NCBI GenBank assembly: GCA_902521465.1
Contig: CABYRL010000002.1
Coordinates: forward strand, 58,777 to 122,776
Source: an uncultured Alphaproteobacteria bacterium
GTDB lineage: Bacteria > Pseudomonadota > Alphaproteobacteria > HIMB59
Reading direction: 5' to 3'
Length of the DNA stretch: 64,000 nt
Part shown: positions 50,837-61,345 of the stretch, piece after piece
How the letters are laid out: every line of letters starts with the position of its first letter
Position numbering within the stretch: position 1 is the first letter of the stretch
Translations under genes and position numbers: made by a program
The notes under the pieces: model-generated
What the model saw: only the letters and a program-made list of their open reading frames with translations
What the model was told of the DNA's origin: nothing
Databases searched by the model: none

Positions 50837-51591
50837 ATTTATTAGTTGATATTGGAAATACATCTATAAAATTTTCATCAATTGTTGATAAGAATTTAAA
50901 AAAAATCTCTCAAATTAGATACTCAAAGGAAGATTTAAAATCAGTCACTCTTTTTTTTAAGAATAAACTCAAAACTCATACTAAAATTTATATTTGCTCT
51001 GTTGTCTCAGAAGTAGACAAAGTTATAATTAAAAATTTAAAACCCTATCAAAATCGTTTATTTTTCATTAATAAAAAAAAATTATCTCGTTTAGTTCATA
51101 AAACAGTTAATGTACGCCAGCTAGGTAATGATAGAATTATTAATGTTTTATCTGCTATAAATATTTATCCAAAATCTAAATTCTTTATCATAGTTGATTT
51201 AGGAACTGCCACTACATTAGATATTATTATAAATAAGAAATATTACGGAGGTGTGATATTACCCGGCCTTACCACCTCTTATGAAAATCTAATTTCTTTA
51301 GCTTCTGGTATAAAGAATATGAAATTTTCAAATAAATCTAGCATCATAGGTAAAAATACTAATCAAGCTCTTATGTCTGGATTTAATGTGGGTTACAAAA
51401 TAATGATAGAGTCTTACATAAAATTAATTAAAACTACATACAAAAGAAATTTTAAAGTGATTTTTACTGGTGGATATGCTACCTCTATCGACTATAAAAA
51501 AACTAATTTTATTTATAGAGAAGATTTAACTCTTTTAGGTATTTTTTTTTATCATATTTTTTTAAATGAAAAACTTAGAATTATTAAATAA
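50833..51591 (+). CDS. coaX: Type III pantothenate kinase
   Basis: VDIGNT..K, GNDR, VDLGTATT, GG.ILPG, TGG. Confidence 0.93.
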   Translation: MNLLVDIGNTSIKFSSIVDKNLKKISQIRYSKEDLKSVTLFFKNKLKTHTKIYICSVVSEVDKVIIKNLKPYQNRLFFINKKKLSRLVHKTVNVRQLGNDRIINVLSAINIYPKSKFFIIVDLGTATTLDIIINKKYYGGVILPGLTTSYENLISLASGIKNMKFSNKSSIIGKNTNQALMSGFNVGYKIMIESYIKLIKTTYKRNFKVIFTGGYATSIDYKKTNFIYREDLTLLGIFFYHIFLNEKLRIIK

Positions 51592-53224
51592 TAAAAAAAA
51601 CAATTATTTTTTGCCCATTGGAGGAATAGGTGAAATAGGGGGTAATAACTATTTATACTCTTTTAAAGGAGAACAAATAATAGTTGATGGTGGTATATCA
51701 TTTGCTGATGATAGTCTCCCAGGTGTAGATATAACTATTCCTGATCCTTATATTTTTTTGAATACATCTATTAAACCTAAAGCAATGATACTAACTCACG
51801 CGCATGAAGATCATGTTGGAGGATTAGAGTATTACTTTGACAAGATTGATTTTCCAATCTATTGCAATCAATTTACTTTTTCCTATATAAAACATAAGTT
51901 CAATAAAATTAATGATTTTGAGAAAAAATTTGTAATAGTTGAGGACTATCAAGAAGTAGAGTTTGAGAATTTTTCATTTCAATTAATTCCGACAACTCAC
52001 TCTATACCCGATCCCACAGGTATATTTTTTAAAACATTGGAAGGAAATATTTATCATACAGGTGATTGGAAAATAGATAAAAATCCAGTTACAGGCTCAC
52101 CTTTTGATTACAAAAATTACCAGTTATTAAAAGATGAAAATATAGACTTACTTATAGGTGACTCAACTAACGCCGGTGTAAACGAGATATCACGCTCAGA
52201 GTCTGAGTTAGATCCATCATTTGATAATTTATTTAATAAACTTCAAGGTAGAATTATAGTTACTTGTTTTTCCTCAAATATTGCAAGACTTAAAACCATT
52301 ATCTCAAATGCTATTAAGCATGATAAAAAAATATTTGTTGTAGGAAGAAGTATAAAAAGAGCTATTAATACTGCTATAGAAGAAAAGATAATTGAAAATT
52401 TTGAAATACTTAACGAAAAAAAATTTCAGGATTATAATAAAGATAAAGTTCTTTTAATCTGCACAGGTAGTCAAGGTGAAAAAAACTCTGCTCTTTGGAA
52501 GATTGCAAATAATACACATAATCAAATTAAATTAAGTTCAAAAGATAATATAATTTTTTCATCAAAAGAAATTCCTGGCAACGAAAAATCAATTTCATAT
52601 TTAAAAAATTCTTTTAGTTATTTAGGCTTAAATATTATTTCTGATGATGAGGAGTTTGTTCATGTTTCAGGGCATCCAGGAAAAAATGAAATAAAAGAAT
52701 TTTACTCTTTTATTCAGCCTAAATCTTTAATTCCTATGCACGGAGAATATCTTCATTTAAAAAAACATTTAGAAATAGCTAAAAGCTTAAAAATTGAAAA
52801 AACTAATCTTCTTTTAAGTGGAGATTTGTGCCAATTAGATTTAGTAAATAAAAACCATAAGTTAATTGAACAATTTGTTATAAAAAAACTACCTGTTATT
52901 CAAAATCTAATTATTGAAGAAGATAATTTTATAAATGAAAGGGGAAAGATCATTCATAATGGTGTAGTTAGTATTAATTTAATTCTAAACAAACAATTTG
53001 ATATTATTAAATTTCAAATATCTGATAAAGGCTTCCCTTTTTCCTATAATAAAGAAGCAATTCAAGATGAAATTAAAGATATCTTGCTAAATAAAATATT
53101 GTTTATCAAGGAGGAGATAGATGAAAATTCGCTAAGCGGGTTAGTAGAGGAAGTTTCAAGAAAAACTTATAATAGAAATTTTTCATTAAAGCCTGAATTG
53201 TTAATACACATATCTTTGATATGA
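51566..53224 (+). CDS. rnj: Ribonuclease J
   Basis: PIGGIGEIG.N, THAHEDHVG, HSIPD, HTGDWK, TGSQGE, HVSGH, PMHGE. Confidence 0.95.
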   Translation: MKNLELLNNKKNNYFLPIGGIGEIGGNNYLYSFKGEQIIVDGGISFADDSLPGVDITIPDPYIFLNTSIKPKAMILTHAHEDHVGGLEYYFDKIDFPIYCNQFTFSYIKHKFNKINDFEKKFVIVEDYQEVEFENFSFQLIPTTHSIPDPTGIFFKTLEGNIYHTGDWKIDKNPVTGSPFDYKNYQLLKDENIDLLIGDSTNAGVNEISRSESELDPSFDNLFNKLQGRIIVTCFSSNIARLKTIISNAIKHDKKIFVVGRSIKRAINTAIEEKIIENFEILNEKKFQDYNKDKVLLICTGSQGEKNSALWKIANNTHNQIKLSSKDNIIFSSKEIPGNEKSISYLKNSFSYLGLNIISDDEEFVHVSGHPGKNEIKEFYSFIQPKSLIPMHGEYLHLKKHLEIAKSLKIEKTNLLLSGDLCQLDLVNKNHKLIEQFVIKKLPVIQNLIIEEDNFINERGKIIHNGVVSINLILNKQFDIIKFQISDKGFPFSYNKEAIQDEIKDILLNKILFIKEEIDENSLSGLVEEVSRKTYNRNFSLKPELLIHISLI

Positions 53225-53421
53225 AGTTTTTATTTTTACTTTTTATTATCTGGTGGGTTATTTTTATGACAATATTACCTATTAAAAGATCTGATTTCGA
53301 AGAGGGTATGCCAAAAAAGTCATATTTAGGAATAAAATTTTTAGTTTCATTTGCTCTATCAATGGTCGTATCTTTTTTTATAATAAAATATGAAAATAAC
53401 ATATTCGAATACTTTAAATGA
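53221..53421 (+). CDS. Small two-TM protein, DUF1467-like
   Basis: IIWW..FM.ILP motif; conserved rnj-DUF1467-proS position in alphaproteobacteria. Confidence 0.7.
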   Translation: MKFLFLLFIIWWVIFMTILPIKRSDFEEGMPKKSYLGIKFLVSFALSMVVSFFIIKYENNIFEYFK

Positions 53422-54692
53422 AACTCTCAAATCTTTTATTTAACTCATTAAAAGAGTCACCAAAAGAAGCTAAAATTATTTCCCATCAATTAATGTTGCG
53501 TTCATCGATGATTAGGCAGCACACCTCTGGTATATACACATGGTTACCGTTAGGTTTTAAAGTTCTAAAAAATATTGAGAATATTATTCGAAATAATCAA
53601 GACGAAATAGGTTGTAATGAAATGTTAATGTCTACTATTCAATCTTCAGAATTATGGAAAAAAAGTGGCAGATATGCAGACTATGGAAAAGAGATGTTAA
53701 GAATTACTGACAGACATGATAACGATTTATTATATGGACCAACTAATGAAGAGGTCATTACAGATTTATTTTCAGATTATGTTAATTCTTATAAAGGTCT
53801 CCCTAAATATCTGTACCATATTCAATGGAAATTTAGAGATGAAATTAGACCTCGGTTTGGAGTAATGCGAGGCAGAGAATTCTTAATGAAAGATGCTTAT
53901 AGTTTTGACTTAACCGAAGAAGCTGCTTTTGAAACTTATAAAAAATTTTTTAGAAGTTATTTAAAAACTTTTCTGGACCTAGGATTACAACCTATACCTG
54001 TAAAAGCTGCAACGGGTGCTATTGGTGGAGACTTATCTCATGAGTTCCAAATATTAGCTAATACCGGTGAAAGTGAACTTGCTTACGACTCTAAATTAGT
54101 TGATTCTAATTTATACGAAAAAAGTTATGAAGAAATTACAGCAATGTATTCTGCTTCTGACGAAATGATCGATAAATCAAAATATGATATGATAATTGGA
54201 AGAGGTATTGAAGTGGGCCACATATTTAATTTTGGCACAAAATATACAAAGCCTTTGGAATGCTTCGTTTTAAATCAAGATGGAAAAAGAATAACACCAT
54301 ATATGGGATCCTATGGAATAGGAGTTTCCAGATTAACAGCAGCCATAATAGAGGCATTCCACGATGATAAAGGTATCAAATGGCCAATTAATATTTCACC
54401 ATTTAAAATAAACATCATAATGCAACCAAACTCTGACTATATTAAAGATGTGGAAAGTATTTATAATCTGCTTATCACGAAATATGACAATGTTAGTTTA
54501 GATGATAGAGATTTAAGTATAGGAAGAAAAATTAAAGACTCTGAATTGATTGGAATACCTTGGACATTGATTATCGGGAATAATTTTAAAGAAAAAGGTC
54601 AAATTGAACTGATTAGTAGATCTAACAGTGATAAGATATTCTTAAGTAAACATGAAATTGAGAATTTTAAATTTGAACAATACACTCCATAA
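53418..54692 (+). CDS. proS: Prolyl-tRNA synthetase (short form)
   Basis: SHQLMLR, GIYTWLP.G, GPTNEE, FRDE.RPRFG.MRGREF, IEVGHIF, GIGVSR. Confidence 0.97.
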   Translation: MKLSNLLFNSLKESPKEAKIISHQLMLRSSMIRQHTSGIYTWLPLGFKVLKNIENIIRNNQDEIGCNEMLMSTIQSSELWKKSGRYADYGKEMLRITDRHDNDLLYGPTNEEVITDLFSDYVNSYKGLPKYLYHIQWKFRDEIRPRFGVMRGREFLMKDAYSFDLTEEAAFETYKKFFRSYLKTFLDLGLQPIPVKAATGAIGGDLSHEFQILANTGESELAYDSKLVDSNLYEKSYEEITAMYSASDEMIDKSKYDMIIGRGIEVGHIFNFGTKYTKPLECFVLNQDGKRITPYMGSYGIGVSRLTAAIIEAFHDDKGIKWPINISPFKINIIMQPNSDYIKDVESIYNLLITKYDNVSLDDRDLSIGRKIKDSELIGIPWTLIIGNNFKEKGQIELISRSNSDKIFLSKHEIENFKFEQYTP

Positions 54693-55845
54693 ACTATCTT
54701 TCTCATATATATTTAATTTTAAAAAAGATAAAGCATTCTCGGTATCAACAATTTTATCATCACTAGCATTAATTTTAGGTATTTCAATTTTAATAACAGT
54801 AATGTCTGTTATGAATGGTTTTAGAGAACAATTAGTTGACTCTTTAAGTGGTGTGAATGGAGATATTACTATTTATAATGCTAACAAAGATAAAATCAAA
54901 AAAATCCAAGAAAAAAATCCTTCAATATCTTTTGTTGAAAATTTTCAAAGTAGAGTAATAACAAGTAATGAAAATGGCATTGAGGGTCTGCTAATGAAAT
55001 CACTTAATAAAGATGATATTTATAAGATTCCCAAAATTAATCAAAATATATTTGAAATTGAAAAAAATATCGATAATTGGGTTTTTATTGGAGTTGAACT
55101 AGCAAGATCTTTAGATCTAAAAGTAGGGATGCCTCTTCAAATTAACATTCCTGGAAATTCTATGACAATTTTGGGCCCTGTTTTAAATTCAAGAAATTTA
55201 ACCATTAAAGGAACATTTAATACAGGTGTATATGACTTTGATAAATATTTTATTTTTAGCAATATCGAACAGTTTAAAAATAACATAAGCAATAAAGTTA
55301 TAGATGTATATTTTAATAATAAAGACTTTGATTATAGTGATTTAGATGGCCTAAACTACTCAACATGGGAAGATCAAAATCAAACTTTAGCTCAAGCGTT
55401 ATCTACTGAAAAAAATGTTATGTTTGTTATTCTCTTTTTTATTATTGTAATTTCGTCTTTTACAATAATTTCAAATCAAATTTTTTTCATTAAAGAAAAA
55501 TACAAAGATATTGTTTTGTTGAAAGCATTGGGTATAAAGCAATCAAAAATTTGTTTTTTATTTTTTTTAAATTCTTTCTTCATATCATTTTTCTCTATTG
55601 TTATTGGGACTTGTTTAGGATTGCTGCTATCAACAAATATTGACTCAGTTGAAAACTTTTTATCATATTTGTTAAATTTTGAACTTTGGAATAATGAAAT
55701 AAGATATTTAGCATCAATGCCTTATAGTATTAAATTTAATGACATAGTGTTTATTGTTAGTATTTCTCTTTTTTCAAGTTTAATCGCATCTTACATTCCA
55801 ATATTGAGAATATTTAGAATTAAACCAAATCTAATATTAAGATGA
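54652..55845 (+). CDS. lolE: Lipoprotein-releasing ABC transporter permease LolC/E (TTG 54673 is an alternative start)
   Basis: LI.VMSVMNGF, EKNVMF, LKALG; upstream of lolD. Confidence 0.88.
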   Translation: MKLRILNLNNTLHKLSFSYIFNFKKDKAFSVSTILSSLALILGISILITVMSVMNGFREQLVDSLSGVNGDITIYNANKDKIKKIQEKNPSISFVENFQSRVITSNENGIEGLLMKSLNKDDIYKIPKINQNIFEIEKNIDNWVFIGVELARSLDLKVGMPLQINIPGNSMTILGPVLNSRNLTIKGTFNTGVYDFDKYFIFSNIEQFKNNISNKVIDVYFNNKDFDYSDLDGLNYSTWEDQNQTLAQALSTEKNVMFVILFFIIVISSFTIISNQIFFIKEKYKDIVLLKALGIKQSKICFLFFLNSFFISFFSIVIGTCLGLLLSTNIDSVENFLSYLLNFELWNNEIRYLASMPYSIKFNDIVFIVSISLFSSLIASYIPILRIFRIKPNLILR

Positions 55846-56477
55846 GTTTATTAGAACTAAAAAATATATCTAAATCATACCTATCTAAGGTAGGAAACTT
55901 TCAAGTAATAAATAAATTAAATTTATCAATAGATCATAATCAAAATATTTTTTTATTTGGTCCATCAGGTTGCGGTAAGTCGACTTTATTAAACTTAATA
56001 TCAGGATTAGATAAAGCAGACACCGGCGATATTTACTTTGATGGCAAATTAGTAAAAAACCATTTTGACCTTTTGAAAGACGATATAGGAATTATATTTC
56101 AGGATCACTATCTAATATCTGAATTGAACATTTTCGATAATATTAAATTAAAAAGTAACGATACGAAAAAAATTGAAAAAATCTTATCCTATTTCAATTT
56201 AAGTCAATTTAAATTTAAATACCCTAATCAGATGTCAAATGGACAAAAACAAAGAGTTTGTGTTGCAAGGTCACTAGTGAATAGCCCTAAACTTTTAATA
56301 GCCGATGAACCTACAAGTTACTTAGATAAAGAAAATGCAAAGTTGGTAATTGATCTTATATTAAATAGTTCCAAAAAATTTAATTTATCAACAATAATAG
56401 CTAGTCATGATATTTCATTTCGTCCACTTTTTGATAAGTCTTATACAATTGAAGATAAATCAATAACAGAATGCTAA
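55842..56477 (+). CDS. lolD: Lipoprotein-releasing ABC transporter ATPase LolD
   Basis: GPSGCGKST, SNGQKQRV, ADEPT, SH; synteny. Confidence 0.85.
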   Translation: MSLLELKNISKSYLSKVGNFQVINKLNLSIDHNQNIFLFGPSGCGKSTLLNLISGLDKADTGDIYFDGKLVKNHFDLLKDDIGIIFQDHYLISELNIFDNIKLKSNDTKKIEKILSYFNLSQFKFKYPNQMSNGQKQRVCVARSLVNSPKLLIADEPTSYLDKENAKLVIDLILNSSKKFNLSTIIASHDISFRPLFDKSYTIEDKSITEC

Positions 56478-59400
56478 TACCTCTAAGAAATTACTCAAAT
56501 TATTCAATTTGTGAGTCAAATATTAAAATTGAGGATCTTGTGAATTTTGCTGAGAGGAAAAAATTACCTGCAATGGCATTAACAGACTACAAATTATTAT
56601 CAGGCGCTCTTGAATTTTCAACTAAATGTAAAAACAAGGGTATTCAACCTATTATAGGATTAGATGTGGATTTTATCTCAAAATTAAAGCACAAATCACG
56701 ACTTACCTTTCTATGTAAAAACGATAAAGGTTTTAAAAATCTCAACATACTATCTACAAAAATAAATACTGAAAATGAATTTCATTTATCTTTAGATAAT
56801 ATTAATAATTATTCTGAAGGTAACATTTTAATATTAGGTGGGTTATTTAGTTATTTTCATGATTTGAATATCAATAAAAATAATTTAAAAATTATTTTAG
56901 ATGAAATCGCTACTTTAAAAAATTTTTTTAAAAATGATATTTTTTTTGAATTCGATGAAAACTTAGATAATAAACTATTAAATGAAATATCTATAAAATC
57001 TAAAATTAACATCTTTTTATCTTCATTTAGTTTTTACAAACAAGATAAAGATTATGATGCAATAAAAATACTTCATTGTTTGAAGAATAGTGAATATTTA
57101 CAAAATACTTCATTTAAAATAAAAAATAATTATTATTTAACTAAAATATATCAAGAAAATAATAATCTAAAACCACTAATACAAAACTCAAATTTAATAG
57201 CAAATAAAATCAATTTTCTAATTGAAGAAAAACCTATTACATTGCCAAATTTTAAATCAGATTTTGACTCTGATGAAGATAAAGAAATTATTCAACAATC
57301 TAGAAGTGGCTTAGATTTAAGATTAAAAAAAATACTTGTAAACAGAACCATTGAGGATTTTAACAGTCAATCTAAAATTTATAGAGATCGATTAGAATAT
57401 GAATTAAATGTTATTATAAAAATGAAATTCTCTGGATATTTTCTTATAGTCAGTGATTTTATTAGGTGGGCTAAATCAAATTCAATTCCAGTTGGCCCAG
57501 GTAGAGGATCAGGAGCCGGATCTATTGTTGCATGGTCTTTATTAATTACAGATGTAGATCCAATTCAATATGGTTTACTTTTTGAGAGATTTTTAAACCC
57601 TGATAGAGTGTCAATGCCGGACTTCGATATTGATTTTTGTAAATCAAGAAGAGATGAAGTTATTGAGTATGTACAAAAAAAGTATGGTTATCAAAATGTT
57701 GCACAAATAATTACCTTTGGATCGATGATCTCAAGGGGAATATTAAAGGATATTGGCAGAGTAGAAGGTGTACCATATTCTGAAGTAGAGAGAATGGTTA
57801 ACAAAATTCCATATAATCCAGTTCATCCTTTAAGTATTAGTGAATTAAAAGCAAATCATACTGATCAATTAGGAGATTTAGCTGACTCCCCTATGATGGA
57901 GAAAGCTGAGTCTATGGAAGGTGCGCTAAGAAATGTTTCAACTCACGCAGCAGGTATAATTATTTCATCAGATAAGCTCTATGGAAATATTCCTTTATTC
58001 AAGGACGATGACTCTGAAATAATGGCAACCCAATATAATATGAAAGATTGCGAAAAAGCAGGTTTATTAAAATTTGATTTTTTAGGCTTAGCTAATCTTA
58101 CTATCATTGATGAAACACTTAAATTAATAAAAGCTAAAAAAAAAATTTCTATTGACTTAGCTGAAATACCTTTTGACGACAAGAAAACTTTTAAATTATT
58201 AAGTGATGGATTTACATGTGGAGTATTTCAAGTTGAAAGTGCTGCAATGGTAGACACTTTAATTAAACTTAAACCAACTAGCTTAGAGGAAGTAATCGCA
58301 GTTTTAGCTTTGAATAGGCCTGGTCCAATGCAATTTATTGATAGTTTTATTAAAAGAAAAAAAGGTGAGGAAAAAATAATATATGACCATCCTTTACTTG
58401 AACCAATTTTGAGAGAAACTTATGGAATAATTGTTTATCAAGAACAAATTATGAAAATAGCACAAGTGATATCAGGATATACTTTAGGTCAAGCAGACTT
58501 ATTAAGAAGAGCTATTGGTAAAAAAATTAAAGCTGAATTAATGAATCAAAAGGATAATTTTATTAAAGGCGCTGTAAATAAAAAGGTTAGATCTAAAGAT
58601 GCGGAGAAACTTTTTTCCTTGATTGAAAAATTTGCAGAATATGGATTCAACAAAAGTCATGCAGCAGCTTATGCTTTTATTACTTATTATACAGCATATC
58701 TAAAAGCACATTTTCCATTAGAATTTTATTGTGAGCTACTAAATAATTCGTTGAATAATACCGACAAAATTTTTGTAATACTAAATGAAATGTATGAACA
58801 AGACTTAATCATATTACCACCTGATATAAATTATTCAGATTGCAAATTTATAGTAAACGAAGATAAGATTATTTATGGATTAGCCGCACTAAAGGGAGTA
58901 GGAGAGGAGTCTATGAAAGAATTAGTTATTGAAAGAAATACAAATGGTAAATTTAAATCTTTATCAGATTTTAATGATAGATTATCTAGATCAGTACTAA
59001 ATAAAAGACAAATAGAGAAACTAATATTGTCTAATTCTTTAAACTCTCTTAATAAAGACATTTCAAAATTATTTGCAAACGTAGAAAATATCATACAAAA
59101 AAAATCTGGAGCATCATTGTTTAATGATATATCTGATAGACAATTTTTTTTAAAAAAAAATTACGATGAAGTTGACTCAATAAAAGCTGAATTTGAAAGT
59201 TATGGATTTCTCTATTCACAAAAAAAACAAACAAAAATACTTTCAAATCTTAATCATTCTTCATTTAAAGAAAAAGTTGACTCAAAATTAGAATTTTTAG
59301 AAGAATTTTATTTTTACGTTGTAAAGGCACAATACAAAACTACTAGAAATGGCAAAAGGTATATCCTTTTGAGTGTAATTAATGAAAGTGGTTTTTTTGA

Positions 59401-59656
59401 TTTGAGACTTTTTGATAGCAACTTTGATATAAATTCACTTCATACAAAATATATAAAGGCAAAAATTAAATCTGTTATTAAAAATGATTTTTATAATGTA
59501 AATATTGACAAGTTAAATACAATTGAAGATGAAGATTTAATCAATCAAATTAATTTTATTTCCTACCAAGAGCTCCTCGATTTAGACAAAGAAAGCAAAT
59601 TTAAAAATATTAAAGTTCATAATGATAACAAAATACTTAATATTTCTCTGAATTAA
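56471..59656 (+). CDS. dnaE: DNA polymerase III alpha subunit
   Basis: GPGRGSGAGS, FERFLNPDR.SMPDFDIDF, HAAG, KFDFLGL, YQEQ.M, YGFNKSH. Confidence 0.98.
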   Translation: MLIPLRNYSNYSICESNIKIEDLVNFAERKKLPAMALTDYKLLSGALEFSTKCKNKGIQPIIGLDVDFISKLKHKSRLTFLCKNDKGFKNLNILSTKINTENEFHLSLDNINNYSEGNILILGGLFSYFHDLNINKNNLKIILDEIATLKNFFKNDIFFEFDENLDNKLLNEISIKSKINIFLSSFSFYKQDKDYDAIKILHCLKNSEYLQNTSFKIKNNYYLTKIYQENNNLKPLIQNSNLIANKINFLIEEKPITLPNFKSDFDSDEDKEIIQQSRSGLDLRLKKILVNRTIEDFNSQSKIYRDRLEYELNVIIKMKFSGYFLIVSDFIRWAKSNSIPVGPGRGSGAGSIVAWSLLITDVDPIQYGLLFERFLNPDRVSMPDFDIDFCKSRRDEVIEYVQKKYGYQNVAQIITFGSMISRGILKDIGRVEGVPYSEVERMVNKIPYNPVHPLSISELKANHTDQLGDLADSPMMEKAESMEGALRNVSTHAAGIIISSDKLYGNIPLFKDDDSEIMATQYNMKDCEKAGLLKFDFLGLANLTIIDETLKLIKAKKKISIDLAEIPFDDKKTFKLLSDGFTCGVFQVESAAMVDTLIKLKPTSLEEVIAVLALNRPGPMQFIDSFIKRKKGEEKIIYDHPLLEPILRETYGIIVYQEQIMKIAQVISGYTLGQADLLRRAIGKKIKAELMNQKDNFIKGAVNKKVRSKDAEKLFSLIEKFAEYGFNKSHAAAYAFITYYTAYLKAHFPLEFYCELLNNSLNNTDKIFVILNEMYEQDLIILPPDINYSDCKFIVNEDKIIYGLAALKGVGEESMKELVIERNTNGKFKSLSDFNDRLSRSVLNKRQIEKLILSNSLNSLNKDISKLFANVENIIQKKSGASLFNDISDRQFFLKKNYDEVDSIKAEFESYGFLYSQKKQTKILSNLNHSSFKEKVDSKLEFLEEFYFYVVKAQYKTTRNGKRYILLSVINESGFFDLRLFDSNFDINSLHTKYIKAKIKSVIKNDFYNVNIDKLNTIEDEDLINQINFISYQELLDLDKESKFKNIKVHNDNKILNISLN

Positions 59657-59701
59657 CTCTTGATATTTTAAATTTATTCGTTAAAACATCAAAAAAAAAC
59701 A

Positions 59702-59761
59702 GGTTAATAGACATCCGGTGCCTATTGGTTTCCCTTCTATTAACTAAAGTTAAACCGGAGG
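59702..59761 (+). promoter_or_regulatory. Structured rpsB 5' leader (candidate S2 autoregulatory pseudoknot)
   Basis: Stem 59702-59711/59736-59745; loop TCCGGT (59714-19) pairs with ACCGGA (59754-59), which overlaps the GGAGG RBS. Confidence 0.6.
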
Positions 59762-59765
59762 AAAA

Positions 59766-60476
59766 ATGAATATAGAAATATCACTTGAAGATCTTCTAAA
59801 GAATGGTTCTCACTTTGGTCATAATAAAAAAAGGTGGAATCCTAAAATGGAAAAATATATTTATGGAGAAAAAAATGGTACACATATTTTAGATTTGAGA
59901 AAGTCTCTCCCTTTGATTGAAAATGCTTTGAAATTTGCCCATGAGTCATCTAAAAATAAAAAAAAATTTTTATTTGTTTCAACTAAAAAACAACATAGTG
60001 AAATAGTTGAAACTATTGCTAAAGAAACTAATAATTATTTTGTTAATTTTAGATGGTTAGGTGGAATGATCACTAATTGGAATACTGTAAAAAACTCTAT
60101 AAACACTCTAAATAATTATGAAAATATTTTAAAATCAGAAGATACGGTTTTTACAAAAAAAGAACTATCAGATATAGAAAAAAAGAAAGTCAGATTAGAT
60201 AAAACCCTTGGGGGAATTGTTGAGATGAAGTCAACTCCAGATGTAATTTTTATTATAGATACCAATAGAGAACACATCGCAGTTTTAGAAGCAAAAAAAT
60301 TAGGAATTCCAATTATAGGTATCGTTGATACAAATTGTGATCCAGAGATAATAGACTATCCAATTCCAGCAAATGATGATGGCGTCAAATCTGTCCAATT
60401 TATACTTGATAATTTTAAAAAAGTTTTAATGTCAAATGATAATAGTCTGCCAGAAGAGAGTGTTAATAATGATTAG
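59766..60476 (+). CDS. rpsB: 30S ribosomal protein S2
   Basis: HFGH...WNPKM, RWLGG..TNW, EA.KLGIP, DTNCDP, PIPANDD. Confidence 0.98.
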   Translation: MNIEISLEDLLKNGSHFGHNKKRWNPKMEKYIYGEKNGTHILDLRKSLPLIENALKFAHESSKNKKKFLFVSTKKQHSEIVETIAKETNNYFVNFRWLGGMITNWNTVKNSINTLNNYENILKSEDTVFTKKELSDIEKKKVRLDKTLGGIVEMKSTPDVIFIIDTNREHIAVLEAKKLGIPIIGIVDTNCDPEIIDYPIPANDDGVKSVQFILDNFKKVLMSNDNSLPEESVNND

Positions 60477-61341
60477 CATGGAATTAATCAAAAAACTTAG
60501 AGACTCTACTGGTAGTGGAATTGTAGATTGTAAAAAAGCACTTTCTGAAAATAATAATGACTTAGAAGCATCAGTTAAATGGTTAAGAGAAAAAGGAATT
60601 CTTAAAGCTCAAAAAAAACAAGATAGAGAAACAAATGAGGGAGTTGTTTCTTTTTATAACAACTCATCAAATACAAATTTTACTGTTTGCAAAATAAAAT
60701 GTGAAACTGACTTTGTAGCTAAAAATAATGATTTTTTAAATTTTGCTGAGATCCTCTCTAGAGCTATTCATGAAAATAAAGATATAAGTCATCATGGAAC
60801 TGATCAAGATTTGGCTGGTTTAACTATTAATCAACAATCATTGAGCGATTGTCTTACAGATTTAATTACTAAAATTGGAGAAAATATTCAAATAGTTTCT
60901 TACAAAAAATACTCTTCAGAAAAATCAATTTTTGTTACATATCTTCATAATAAATATAATTCCAGTTGCTCAAAAATAGCTTCTGTAGTTGAAATTTCAA
61001 CTGACAACACAGACTTAGCTTTAAAATTAGTTGATGAATTAAAAGTAATTGCAATGCAAATATCTGCCATGAAACCAATGGGCATTGATGAAAATTCAAT
61101 AAACTCAAAAATTTTAGAGGATGAAAAAGATATTATTTTAAAACAAATGAATAATGTTCCTGATAATAAAAAAGATCAAATTATTAAAGGTAAATTAAAT
61201 AAGTTTTTAAAAGAAAATACACTTTTAGGACAAGCTTTAATAACAGATCCAAAGAAAAGTGTAAGCTCTTTTTTGAGTGAAATTTCAAAAAATAATAACA
61301 TATCTCTTAACATTGAAACTATGGATTTATATACTATTTAA
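60469..61341 (+). CDS. tsf: Elongation factor Ts (ATG 60469 preferred)
   Basis: IKKLR..TG.G..DCKKAL, WLREKG, CETDFVAKN, KIGENI. Confidence 0.96.
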   Translation: MISMELIKKLRDSTGSGIVDCKKALSENNNDLEASVKWLREKGILKAQKKQDRETNEGVVSFYNNSSNTNFTVCKIKCETDFVAKNNDFLNFAEILSRAIHENKDISHHGTDQDLAGLTINQQSLSDCLTDLITKIGENIQIVSYKKYSSEKSIFVTYLHNKYNSSCSKIASVVEISTDNTDLALKLVDELKVIAMQISAMKPMGIDENSINSKILEDEKDIILKQMNNVPDNKKDQIIKGKLNKFLKENTLLGQALITDPKKSVSSFLSEISKNNNISLNIETMDLYTI

Positions 61342-61345
61342 TACC

